DNA from: Acidimicrobiaceae bacterium
Lineage (GTDB): Bacteria; Actinomycetota; Acidimicrobiia; Acidimicrobiales; Bog-793
NCBI GenBank assembly: GCA_027306925.1
Contig: DAHUXW010000065.1
Span: 1-61,808 of the forward strand
Length of the DNA stretch: 61,808 bases
Reading direction: 5' to 3'
In this document: positions 9,598 to 18,034 of the stretch, piece after piece
How positions within the stretch are numbered: the stretch's first letter is position 1
Layout of the letters: every line of letters starts with the position of its first letter
Notes under the pieces: model-generated
The model's database searches: none
What the model was told of the DNA's origin: nothing
Seen by the model: only the letters and a program-made list of their open reading frames with translations
Made by a program: the position numbers and the translations under genes

Positions 9598-10221
9598 TCA
9601 CGCGCGACCTGCCGACCGCATCGCCGCTGCGGCGTCGTCGCGGCCCGCGGCCTCCAGCCCCTCGGTCACGCCCGCGACGTCCTGCTCCGACCGGTTCTGG
9701 CTCCACTTCGCCTTCGCTTCCACCCGCTCGATCACGAGCTCGACGCCGACGATCGCGCGAAGCTGCGCCGCGACGAACGAGCTGGGCGCGTCGTCCACCG
9801 ACCACGGGACGTCCCGCCCCTGCTCGTGGCGGGCGGTGAGGCGCCGCACGAGCGACTCGAGCCAGACCGTGTCGTCGTGGACGACGAGTCGGCCGTAGAC
9901 GTGGGCGACGAGGTAGTTCCAGGTTGGCACCACCTTGCCGTGCTCAGCCTTCGACGCGTACCACGACGGCGAGACGTACGCGTCCGGACCGTGCAGGATC
10001 ATCAGGGCCTCGCCGAGAACCGGCGCGCGCCACTGGTCGTTCGCCCGCGCGAGGTGCCCGAGGAGCGCGCCGCGCGCGCCGGCCCCGGCGTCGTAGGCGA
10101 CGGGCAGGAACGTCGCCGTCGGGCCGGACGGCGTGACCGTCACGAGATCGCCGGTCACGGCGCCGTCGAGCAGCGCCTCGACCGTGCCGTCGTCGGCGGC
10201 GAAGTGCGCGGGCAGGTACAT
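9598..10221 (-). CDS. paiB: FMN-binding negative transcriptional regulator, PaiB family
   Basis: MYLPAHFAADDG...LHGPDAYVSPSWYASKAEHGKVVPTWNYLVAHVYG...KWSQNRSEQD is a PaiB signature. The listed ORF extends to 10443, but that extension is translated tandem repeat. Confidence 0.8.
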   Translation of the reverse strand: MYLPAHFAADDGTVEALLDGAVTGDLVTVTPSGPTATFLPVAYDAGAGARGALLGHLARANDQWRAPVLGEALMILHGPDAYVSPSWYASKAEHGKVVPTWNYLVAHVYGRLVVHDDTVWLESLVRRLTARHEQGRDVPWSVDDAPSSFVAAQLRAIVGVELVIERVEAKAKWSQNRSEQDVAGVTEGLEAAGRDDAAAAMRSAGRA

Positions 10222-10315
10222 CAGCTCGCCGCGGATGCTCGGCACATCGCACCAGTATGGCCGGGCGTCCTCGACGGACCTGCAGACCGCGGTGGCGCCC
10301 TCGCCCCGCGCCCCT

Positions 10316-10390
10316 GTCCGATGCACGCCGGTCCGATGCACGCCTGTCCGATCCGCGCCCGTCCGATGCGCGCCCGTCCGATGCGCCCCG
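10316..10390. repeat. 15-bp tandem repeat x5 (GTCCGATGCRCGCCN)
   Basis: Five head-to-tail units were read directly, at 10316-10330, 10331-10345, 10346-10360, 10361-10375 and 10376-10390. The array is intergenic, upstream of paiB. Confidence 0.9.
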
Positions 10391-10451
10391 ACCGTGCCCG
10401 ACCGGCTCCGTGCCCGCCGGAGTGGGCCCCGGCGCAGCCTCACCTTCCTGT

Positions 10452-11237
10452 TCAGGTCGTCGGCTGCCCCGGTCGCCGGCCGAGCAAGTGGAACACGCGG
10501 CTCAGCTGGCGGTAGGGGTCACGGCGCGCGGCCTCCAGCTCGACCGGGGCGACGGCCGCGGCGTCCTCGTCGCGCGACGAGCCGGGTTCCAGCCAGTCGG
10601 AGAACAGCCAAACGCCGTACCAGGCCACCTCGTCGACGCCGTGCTCGAGCAGCAGCGCGGACAGCCCCTCGACGGTGTCCGCGCGCGTGTCGACACCGAG
10701 CACGCCCAGCTCCCCGGCGGCGTCGAACGCGGCGAGCGCGTCGGCCCAGCGGCGCTCGAGCGCGGGCCGGACGGCGAGCGTCCTCGCGTCGAGAGCCATG
10801 ATCTAGACCAGGCCTACCGGCGCGGCGCACTCGCACAGCGACGCGACGAGCGGCTCCGGGCGCTCCACGTACATGAGGACCCCGTGGCAGCACACCGCGT
10901 CGAATCCCCGACCTCCGGTCGCCCGGAACGCGTCCTCGCCACGGGCCTCGACGAAGGCGAGCCGCTCTCGAACCTCGGAGGGCTCGGAGGCGAGGAGCGC
11001 CTCCCCCCGTTCGAGCATCGCCGGGGACGGGTCGAGGACCGTGACCTCGTAGCCGGCGCGCGCGAGCGGGAACGCCTGGTGGCCCGCACCGCCCCCGACG
11101 TCGAGGATCCGCGCCGGCGGAGGGGGCAGGTGCTGAAGGAGCTGGTGGTGGACGACGTAGGTGCGGACCTTGCCCTTGAGCGAGGCGTACGCCCCGTCCA
11201 CGAACCGGTCGGCGAGATCCGCCCAGGCGTCATCCAT
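10452..11237 (-). pseudogene. Class I SAM-dependent methyltransferase interrupted by in-frame TAG
   Basis: The N-fragment (10803-11237) has motif I ILDVGGGAGHQ. The C-fragment (10452-10799) has RWADALAAFD...RDPYRQLSRVFHLLGRR. The two are in the same frame, joined as ...PVGLV-TAG-I-M-ALDARTL..., with the stop codon at 10803-10805. Confidence 0.65.
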
Positions 11238-11321
11238 CGGCGGCGATCATGCTCGACGCGGCGTCGCGTCTCCAGGTCCCCGCCCGGCGGGCACGGCGCG
11301 ACCGACGGACCGGCGCGACCG

Positions 11322-12407
11322 CTAGCGGGTCGTGCGCGCCGACATCGTGAAGAAGTCGCGCGACCACCACGGGTAGAAGTACCTCGCCGGCGTGCCGACC
11401 ATCCCGGCGACGAGGTCGGTCCCGTTCGACGGGCTCGCGGGGCCCGTCGCGAGCGTCGGGTTGTAGGTCGAGTAGCTCACCGCGTCGGTGTTGATGTCGA
11501 GCTCCATCGCCCGCACCGATCCGGCGCGCACGAGCAGGTCCGCGAGCTCCGTGATGTCGAGGTCCGCCCCGGCCACGTAGACGAGCGCGCCGTCCCGGGT
11601 CACCCCGAGCCCCGACCGCCACACGTGGGCCTGGTTCCCGAGCGTGTAGCCCCACACGCTCGTGTCGTTCGGGTTGAGCCCTGGCACGGGCCGGCCGTGG
11701 TCGACGAGCAGGTTCAGGTTCTGGCGGACCGCGGCGACGGCCCGCGTCATGCGCACGTCCCGTCCCCACATCCCGACCGTGATCCGCCCGCTCTTGTAGA
11801 TCACCGCCGACGCCGCGCCGACGCGCAGCGGCGCGACGACCTTGCGGTCCGTGTAGTAGCCGCCGTTCGTGTTGTCCATGAGGAAGCCGGCGTTGAAGGC
11901 CGCGACGAGCGTGCGCGCCGCGCTCGCGCCGACGGGGGCGCGGTGCCGGTACGGGCCGCCACCCGGGATCGTGCTGCCCGAGTAGAGCGTCGCGCGCAGC
12001 AGCGAGGTGTCCATCCAGGCGATGCCCACCTGCGCGCCCGGGAACGCCGGGCCCGTCGCGAGGTGTATCTCGTAGATCGCGCTCATCCCGCCGACCGTGC
12101 GCCCGTAGGGGCGCCAACCGCCCGCTCCCGGCGGCAGCGTGCCCGGCAGGGGGACGAAGCGCTCCGGGGGCGCGAGGTGCGGGATCGTGGCGGCACGCGC
12201 GACGTGCGCCGCGCGGCGACGAGCTGCCGCGGGGGCGCGCGTCGCCGCGCCCCGGGCGGCGCGTGCGGTGCGGTGCGGGGTCGGGGCCGTCGCCGCCCGA
12301 TGCGCGGCGCCGGACGGGTGCAGCGCCACCGACAGCGCGAGCGCGACGAGTCCCGCGACCGCGGCCAGAGCGGCGGCCCGCGTCCGCCGTGCTCGGAGCG
12401 CTCCCAA
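11322..12407 (-). CDS. Secreted phosphodiester glycosidase family protein (DUF2233/NAGPA-like)
   Basis: Signal peptide AAALAAVAGLVALALSVAL. Motifs AAFNAGFLMDNTNGGYY, RSGLGVTRDGALVYVAG and AMELDINTD are typical of the family. Confidence 0.7.
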   Translation of the reverse strand: MGALRARRTRAAALAAVAGLVALALSVALHPSGAAHRAATAPTPHRTARAARGAATRAPAAARRRAAHVARAATIPHLAPPERFVPLPGTLPPGAGGWRPYGRTVGGMSAIYEIHLATGPAFPGAQVGIAWMDTSLLRATLYSGSTIPGGGPYRHRAPVGASAARTLVAAFNAGFLMDNTNGGYYTDRKVVAPLRVGAASAVIYKSGRITVGMWGRDVRMTRAVAAVRQNLNLLVDHGRPVPGLNPNDTSVWGYTLGNQAHVWRSGLGVTRDGALVYVAGADLDITELADLLVRAGSVRAMELDINTDAVSYSTYNPTLATGPASPSNGTDLVAGMVGTPARYFYPWWSRDFFTMSARTTR

Positions 12408-12480
12408 GGACGCAACCGTTGCACGCGAGCCTTACGTTGCGATGAACCGCTCCGCGATCTCCGCCGCCCGGCGCGCGGCG

Positions 12481-12515
12481 CTCGGCGCTCGGCGCTCGGC
12501 GCTCGGCGCTCAGCG
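12481..12515. repeat. 7-bp tandem repeat x5 (CTCGGCG; last unit CTCAGCG)
   Basis: Read directly. It lies between the stop of the TauE gene (12510-12512, inside the last unit) and the start of the glycosidase gene (12407). Confidence 0.85.
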
Positions 12516-13262
12516 GTAGGCGTCGAGACCGAGATGGACGGCGAGCCCGAGACCCGCGCACGCGATCAGCACCCGCAGCGGGGTCGCGGGAGCCCGCCGC
12601 ACGATCGCGGGACCGATGCGGCCGCCGGCGAGGAAGCCGGCGGCGAGCGGTAGCACCGCGAGCCAGTGCACGGGCCCGAACACGGCGAACGCGACCGCGG
12701 CGATCCCGTTCGCAGCGCCCGCGAGGAGGTTCTTCATCGCGTTCCCGCGGGCGAGCGTCTCGCCCGTGCTGTAGAGGACGAAGCTGAGCAGCATCACGCC
12801 CGCCGCGGCGCCGAAGTAGCCGGCGTAGATCCCGACGAGGAAGACGCCGGCCGGGAGCGCCCAGCCGAGCTCGTGGCTCGTGGCGTGCGCGTCCGCCGAC
12901 CTCCGCCTCCGCACGAGCACCCCGATCGAGGCGAGTCCGATGAGCCAGGGGACGACGAGCTCGAAGGACCCGGCCGGGGTCGCGAGCAGGAGGAGGCCAC
13001 CGGTCGCGCCTCCGAGCACCGCGCTCACGCCCAGCCGCTTCGCACGCGCGCGCTGGCCGCGGAGCTCGGGGCGGGAGCCGAGCACCGACCCGGTGCTCGA
13101 CGCGACAAGCGCGACGGTGTTCGACACGTTTGCCGCGACCGGCGAGAGGCCGACCGCGAGCAGCGCCGGGTAGCTCACGAGCGACGCGAGGCCGGCGACG
13201 CTCCCGGCGACGCCGCCGCCGAAGCCGGCGAGCACGAGCCAGAGGGGGTCGAGGCCGCTCAT
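12510..13262 (-). CDS. Sulfite exporter TauE/SafE family membrane protein
   Basis: MSGLDPLWLVLAGFGGGVAGSVAGLASLVSYPALLAVGL..., a multi-TM Gly-rich pattern of the TauE/SafE family. The upstream extension to 13367 is Arg-rich and unlikely to be coding. Confidence 0.75.
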   Translation of the reverse strand: MSGLDPLWLVLAGFGGGVAGSVAGLASLVSYPALLAVGLSPVAANVSNTVALVASSTGSVLGSRPELRGQRARAKRLGVSAVLGGATGGLLLLATPAGSFELVVPWLIGLASIGVLVRRRRSADAHATSHELGWALPAGVFLVGIYAGYFGAAAGVMLLSFVLYSTGETLARGNAMKNLLAGAANGIAAVAFAVFGPVHWLAVLPLAAGFLAGGRIGPAIVRRAPATPLRVLIACAGLGLAVHLGLDAYR

Positions 13263-13381
13263 CGTGCACGCACTCCCGACATCTCCTCGACGGCGGCCCG
13301 GGCGGCCGGCGCGCCGCCTGCCCGGTCGCCAATCTACGGCGTGCGGGATCCTCCCCGGGCACGTCAAACTGATAGAGTGAT

Positions 13382-13400
13382 TCCTACTGATCTAGTAGGA
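13382..13400. promoter_or_regulatory. AT-rich inverted repeat TCCTACT-N5-AGTAGGA, candidate operator
   Basis: Seen directly in the 149-bp divergent gap between the two TauE genes, 12 nt upstream of ATG 13412. Local GC drops sharply (CTGATAGAGTGATTCCTACTGATCTAGTAGGAGTACTAGGGAG). Confidence 0.4.
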
Positions 13401-13411
13401 GTACTAGGGAG

Positions 13412-14350
13412 ATGGGACTCCACGGCTTTGTCGTCCTCGCCGGCGCGGTCGTCGGACTCGCGGTCGGGCTCACCGGGATGGGCGGGGGTGCGCTCATGAC
13501 CCCCGTGCTCGTGCTCCTGCTCGGCGTGAGCCCGGCTGCCGCGGTCTCGAGCGACCTCGTCGCGTCGGTGTTCATGAAGCCGGTCGGGAGCGCCGTCCAC
13601 ATCCGGCGCCGCACGGTCCACTGGCCGATCGTGCGGTGGCTCGCCGTGGGCTCGGTGCCCTCGGGATTCCTCGGCGCCTACCTCGTCGGCTCGCTCGCGT
13701 CCGGTCCGGCGCTGTCCCACGCGATCGAGCTCGCGCTGGGCTCCGCGCTCGCGGTCGCGGTCGCCGGCGTCGTCGGGCGCTCGCTCCTCGACCGGAGGAA
13801 GGGCGTGCGCGCGCCGGCGCCGGCCGGCCCGATCGCGGTGCGTCGCGTCCCGACGCTCGTGGTCGGCGTGCTCGGCGGGCTCGTGGTCGGCACGACCTCG
13901 GTCGGATCGGGGTCGCTGATGATCGTCGCGCTCATGTACTGCTATCCCGCGCTCGACGGCCGCGAGCTCGTCGGGACGGACCTCGTGCAGTCGATTCCGC
14001 TCGTCGCGTCCGCCGCGCTCGGCCAGGCGCTCTTCGGCCAGGTCCGACTGGGCGTGACCATCTCGCTCCTCGTCGGCGCGCTCCCCGCGATCTACCTCGG
14101 GTCGCGACTCTCGGCGTCGACGTCGTCCTCGACCTACCTGCGTCCGGTGATCACCGCCGTGCTCGCGGTGTCGTCGCTGAAGTTGCTCGGCGTCGGCGAC
14201 GCCGGCCTCGGCGTCGTGCTCGCGTGCGGCGCTGCCGCCGGCACCACCGCAGTCGCGTTGCGCGCCGTGCGCGCGCGGAGGCGCACCGAGGTCGCGGCGG
14301 GTGCCGCGTTCACGCCCGCGCCGGACCCGCGCGCCTGCCGACCGGGCTGA
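13412..14350 (+). CDS. Sulfite exporter TauE/SafE family membrane protein (second paralog)
   Basis: MGLHGFVVLAGAVVGLAVGLTGMGGGALMTPVLVLLLGV... with a repeated TM architecture. A GGGAG Shine-Dalgarno sits upstream. Confidence 0.8.
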   Translation: MGLHGFVVLAGAVVGLAVGLTGMGGGALMTPVLVLLLGVSPAAAVSSDLVASVFMKPVGSAVHIRRRTVHWPIVRWLAVGSVPSGFLGAYLVGSLASGPALSHAIELALGSALAVAVAGVVGRSLLDRRKGVRAPAPAGPIAVRRVPTLVVGVLGGLVVGTTSVGSGSLMIVALMYCYPALDGRELVGTDLVQSIPLVASAALGQALFGQVRLGVTISLLVGALPAIYLGSRLSASTSSSTYLRPVITAVLAVSSLKLLGVGDAGLGVVLACGAAAGTTAVALRAVRARRRTEVAAGAAFTPAPDPRACRPG

Positions 14351-14506
14351 GCCACCCGGCACCAAGTGCAAGAGTCGCGCGCGACCCCGCATCTGCGAAG
14401 ATGGTCGCACGATGGCGGTGGCACGGGGAGCGGCGGTGGGCACGTCCGGCAGGTGGGCCAAGGGTCGTCGACCCGCCCCGTCGGGGCGCGCGTCACCGCG
14501 CGCGAC

Positions 14507-16249
14507 ATGACACAGCGTCGCGCCGCGGCCCGGCGTGCGCCGGCGGCCCCTGGCGAGGAGCCGACGGAACCGGAGGGCGCTCGGCCCGCCGGCGACGGAT
14601 GGAGCGAGGGCGAGCTGCTACGCGCCGTCGTCGCGGCGTCGCCGCTCGCGGTGTACGTCGTCGACCCGGCGGGGACCGTCGAGCTGTGGAACCCTGCCGC
14701 CGCGCAGCTCTTCGGCTGGAGCGAGGCCGAGGCGCTCGGCGGGCCCCTGCCCTTCGTCGGTCCGGACGACGTGGCGCAGTTCGACGAGCTCCGCGGCCGC
14801 GTCGTCGCCGGCGGGCCCTTCTCGCGCCTCGAAGCGACACGTCGGCGGCGTGACGGCTCGCGAATCGAGCTCTCGATCTCGGCCGCACCGCTCCGTGACG
14901 AGCACGGTGCGGTGCGGGCCGTCGTCGGGATCGCCGAGGACGTCACGGAGCGCCGAGCGATCGAGGCCGAGATGCGGCGTCAGGCGCGCGTCGACAGCCT
15001 GACCGGCGTGCACAACCGCGGCCACTTCCTCGAGCTCCTCACCGAGGAGGTCGCCGCGGCCGAAGCGACGACCGCGCTCGCGCTCGTGGACCTCGACGAT
15101 TTCAAGGACGTGAACGACACCTTCGGCCACCATGTCGGCGACGAGCTGCTCGCCGCGTTCGCAACGCGGCTCGTGAGCTCGACCGGGTCGCGCGGGGTCG
15201 TCGGCCGCCTCGGCGGCGACGAGTTCGTCGTCGCGCTCCGCGACGTCGGCCAGGCAAGGCTCGCGGCAGCGATCGGCGCGCTCGTCGACGCGGTCGGCGA
15301 GTCGCTCGACGCGTCCGTCGGGACGTTCGCGCTGCGGGCGACCGTCGGCGCGGCCCACGCGGCGGACGGCGTCGACGTCGGCGAGCTGCTGCGACGAGCC
15401 GGGCTCGCGCTGCTCGAGGCGAAGCGGTCGAGCCCGGGCTCGTTCCGGCTGTTCGACTCCGAGATGGAGCGCGTCGCCGTCGAGTCGAAGATCCTCGAGT
15501 CCGAGCTCGCGGGCGCGCTCGACCGGGGGGAGATCGTCCTCTACTACGAGCCGATCGTCGAGCTCGCGACCGGCGCGATGCTCGGCGTCGAGGCGATCGT
15601 GCGCTGGGAGCACCCCGAGCTCGGACTTCTCGAGCCCTCCCGCTTCGTCCCGCTCGCGCAGTCGACCGCTCGGGCCGTCGACCTCGGAGCCTACGTCGTG
15701 CGCGCCGCGTGCGCGCAGCTCCAGCAGTGGGAGCGCGTGCAACCGGCGGCGCGAACCTTGCTCTGCTCGGTGAACCTCCCGGCGCACCAGATCCGCCACC
15801 CGGCGCTCGCGACCGAGATCGCGTCGGTGCTCCAGGAGACGGGCGTCGCGCCCTCGCGGCTCCAGGTCGAGTTCACCGAGGACGCCAACGCGACCGACGA
15901 GGACGTCCTCGCGCTCACGCGGCTCGGCCGTCTCGGGGTGCGGCTCGCGATCGACTCGTTCGGGACGGGCTACTCGTCGCTCGCCGCGCTCCGGCGCTTT
16001 CCGTTCTCCGCGCTGAAGATCGACCGGTCGTTCGTCGCCGGCCTCGCGCACGGCTTCGAGGACCGGGCGATCGTCGTCGCGACGCTCACGATGAGCACGT
16101 CGCTCGGCCTCACGGTCATCGCGGACGGCGTCGAGACCGACGAGCAGCTCGCGACCCTCCGCGAGCTCGGCTGCGCCCACGCCCAGGGACCGCTGCTCGG
16201 CCGGCCGTCACTGCCCGGAGTCATCGCGGAGCGGCTCGCGACCTCGTAG
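14507..16249 (+). CDS. PAS-GGDEF-EAL signalling protein (c-di-GMP turnover)
   Basis: PAS: VVDPAGTVELWNPAAAQLFGW. GGDEF: RLGGDEFVV. EAL domain: LYYEPIV, VEAIVRWEHP, DSFGTGYSSL, LKIDRSFV and AQGPLLGRP. The ORF is open from 14366; ATG 14507 is preferred. Confidence 0.85.
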   Translation: MTQRRAAARRAPAAPGEEPTEPEGARPAGDGWSEGELLRAVVAASPLAVYVVDPAGTVELWNPAAAQLFGWSEAEALGGPLPFVGPDDVAQFDELRGRVVAGGPFSRLEATRRRRDGSRIELSISAAPLRDEHGAVRAVVGIAEDVTERRAIEAEMRRQARVDSLTGVHNRGHFLELLTEEVAAAEATTALALVDLDDFKDVNDTFGHHVGDELLAAFATRLVSSTGSRGVVGRLGGDEFVVALRDVGQARLAAAIGALVDAVGESLDASVGTFALRATVGAAHAADGVDVGELLRRAGLALLEAKRSSPGSFRLFDSEMERVAVESKILESELAGALDRGEIVLYYEPIVELATGAMLGVEAIVRWEHPELGLLEPSRFVPLAQSTARAVDLGAYVVRAACAQLQQWERVQPAARTLLCSVNLPAHQIRHPALATEIASVLQETGVAPSRLQVEFTEDANATDEDVLALTRLGRLGVRLAIDSFGTGYSSLAALRRFPFSALKIDRSFVAGLAHGFEDRAIVVATLTMSTSLGLTVIADGVETDEQLATLRELGCAHAQGPLLGRPSLPGVIAERLATS

Positions 16250-16928
16250 CGAGCACGGACGGCAGCTCCGAGACCGACGCGAGGACGTGCGTCGCGCCGG
16301 CGGCCTCGAGGCGGTCCCGGCGGTCCGCGCCCGTGAGCACGCCCGCGCACACGGACGCGCCGGCCCGTAGGCCGGACTCGATGTCGGCGGCGGTGTCGCC
16401 CGCGACCGCCACGTGCGCGACGTCCGAGATCTCGAGCCGAAGCACGGCCGCGAGCACCATGTCCGGGTACGGCCGGCCACGGCCGGCCTCCGACGGGCAG
16501 AGCGCGAGGTCGACGAGGTCGCGCCAGCCCAGCGTCTCGAGGATCTCGTCGCGCGTCGCGGCCGAGAACCCGGTGAGGAGCGCGACCTTCCGGCCCTCGG
16601 ACCGCAGCGCCCCGACGGCCTCGGCGGCGCCCGGCAGCGGTGCGATGCGCCCCGCGGCGACGAGGTCGTGGTAGGCGCGCTCGAAGGCGGCGTTTGCCTC
16701 GCGCGCCCGGGCCTCGTCGCCGAGGAGCGCACGAAAGACCGTGATCTTCGAGGTGCCCATCGTCGAACGGACGAAGTCGAGCATCTCGTCGCGCGCCGGT
16801 CCCTCCCCGACGCCGACGGAGCCGATCGCCGACACGAACGCCTCCTCGACGGCTCCGCCGTCGCTCACGGTCGTCCCGGCCATGTCGAGGCAGACGAGCT
16901 CGATCCGGTCGTCCCGCTGGGTGGTCAT
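16221..16928 (-). CDS. Phosphonatase-like HAD hydrolase (PhnX-like, TIGR03351 type)
   Basis: MTTQRDDRIELVCLDMAGTTV (DxxGT HAD motif I), LLTGFS and VAVAGDTAADIESG. There is a 4-nt overlap with the upstream oxidoreductase gene. Confidence 0.75.
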   Translation of the reverse strand: MTTQRDDRIELVCLDMAGTTVSDGGAVEEAFVSAIGSVGVGEGPARDEMLDFVRSTMGTSKITVFRALLGDEARAREANAAFERAYHDLVAAGRIAPLPGAAEAVGALRSEGRKVALLTGFSAATRDEILETLGWRDLVDLALCPSEAGRGRPYPDMVLAAVLRLEISDVAHVAVAGDTAADIESGLRAGASVCAGVLTGADRRDRLEAAGATHVLASVSELPSVLATRSRAAPR

Positions 16929-18034
16929 GCGAAGGTCTCCTCGGCGATCGCGGGTGCGAGCGTCATCCCGCGCCCGCCTGCGCCGGTGACGACGACGACA
17001 CCGGGCGCGAGCTCCGCCCGGTGGTAGAGGCCGCCGTCGGTGACCTCCGCGTAGACGCCGCTCCAGCGGCGTTCGACGGGCGGGAGCGCGCCGCCGAGCA
17101 GCCGGGACGCGACCTCGCCGAGGTGGCGCGCGGGCTCGTCCGCGACGTCGAACGGGAACGGCTCGTCGTACGCGTGGGTGTCCCCGACGGTCAGGTGGCC
17201 GCTCCGCCGCTGGACGAGCAGGAGCTGCGCGCGCCAGCGCGCGGCGACCGGCTCCTGCGGCGCGAGCGCGTCCCGGGCCGGCCCCGCGAACGCCGGGTAG
17301 TAGCGGAGCGAGTCGCCGTCGGCGATCGCGGTCGCGACCTCGCCGGCGAACGGCTCGGTCTCGCGCATCTGGAGCCGCACCCGGCGAAGCGGCGCGGCAG
17401 CGAGGTGGTCCGCGGCGAACCCGCCCGGCGACGCGCCGGGACAGCACACGACGAGGTCCCCCTCGTGGAGCGCGCCCCGGTGGTCGCGCACCGCGTGCGG
17501 CTCGGGCTCGACCGCGTGGAGGCCCGGGAGGAACCGGTACGCGCCGGACGCGTCGAGCGCGTCGCGCAGCGCACCGAGCACCGCTCTCGGCTCCACGAGC
17601 GCGTCGCGCCGGCAGTGCAGCGCGGCGAGCACCTCGCCGCGCACCGCCGGGACGAGCGCGCGGGCCTCGCCGGCGGTGAGCAGCTCGAGCCCGCGGAGGC
17701 CCGCGTCCGGGCGCGAGGCCGCCTCCTCGAGGACCGCGACCTCGCCGGGCGAGCGCGCGAGCGTGAGCGAGCCTGCAGGCCGGAACCCCGCACCCGGCGC
17801 GACGAGCGCGACCTCCTCCCAACGCTCCCGCGCGCGCAGCGCGAGGTCGAGCTCCGCGCCTTTGGCGCGGCCGCTCACCCACACGAGCCCGAAGTTCCTC
17901 GCCGACGCGCCACGCGGCTGCGCGTCCCGATCGAGCTGGACGACCTCGTAGCCGCGTCGCACGCCCTCGAGGGCGTGCATCGTCCCGAGGATCCCGCCGC
18001 CCACGACGACGAGACGGGGCGCGCCCGCGCTCAC
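16925..18034 (-). CDS. FAD-dependent oxidoreductase, TIGR03364 type (phosphonate-associated)
   Basis: GTG start overlapping the upstream stop (GTGA). Dinucleotide fold LVVVGGGILGTMHALEGVRRGYEVVQLDRD, then GASARNFGLVW. It is syntenic with the phosphonatase-like HAD and the ABC transporter. Confidence 0.75.
   Translation of the reverse strand: MSAGAPRLVVVGGGILGTMHALEGVRRGYEVVQLDRDAQPRGASARNFGLVWVSGRAKGAELDLALRARERWEEVALVAPGAGFRPAGSLTLARSPGEVAVLEEAASRPDAGLRGLELLTAGEARALVPAVRGEVLAALHCRRDALVEPRAVLGALRDALDASGAYRFLPGLHAVEPEPHAVRDHRGALHEGDLVVCCPGASPGGFAADHLAAAPLRRVRLQMRETEPFAGEVATAIADGDSLRYYPAFAGPARDALAPQEPVAARWRAQLLLVQRRSGHLTVGDTHAYDEPFPFDVADEPARHLGEVASRLLGGALPPVERRWSGVYAEVTDGGLYHRAELAPGVVVVTGAGGRGMTLAPAIAEETFA

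Noticed and set aside
10316-10390. CRISPR array (also considered for the repeats at 12481, 38984 and 54241)
   Set aside because: The units are contiguous with no spacers, are only 6-15 bp long, and no cas genes are present.
10257-13362. 798-aa plus-strand ORF (10257-12653) and 710-aa minus-strand ORF (11230-13362)
   Set aside because: They overlap homology-supported genes (methyltransferase, phosphodiester glycosidase, TauE) in other frames and show extreme Arg/Pro/Gly bias.
16221-16249. 29-nt convergent overlap of the GGDEF-EAL and HAD gene 3' ends as a regulatory feature
   Set aside because: Short convergent overlaps are common in compact high-GC genomes, and no associated structure was seen.
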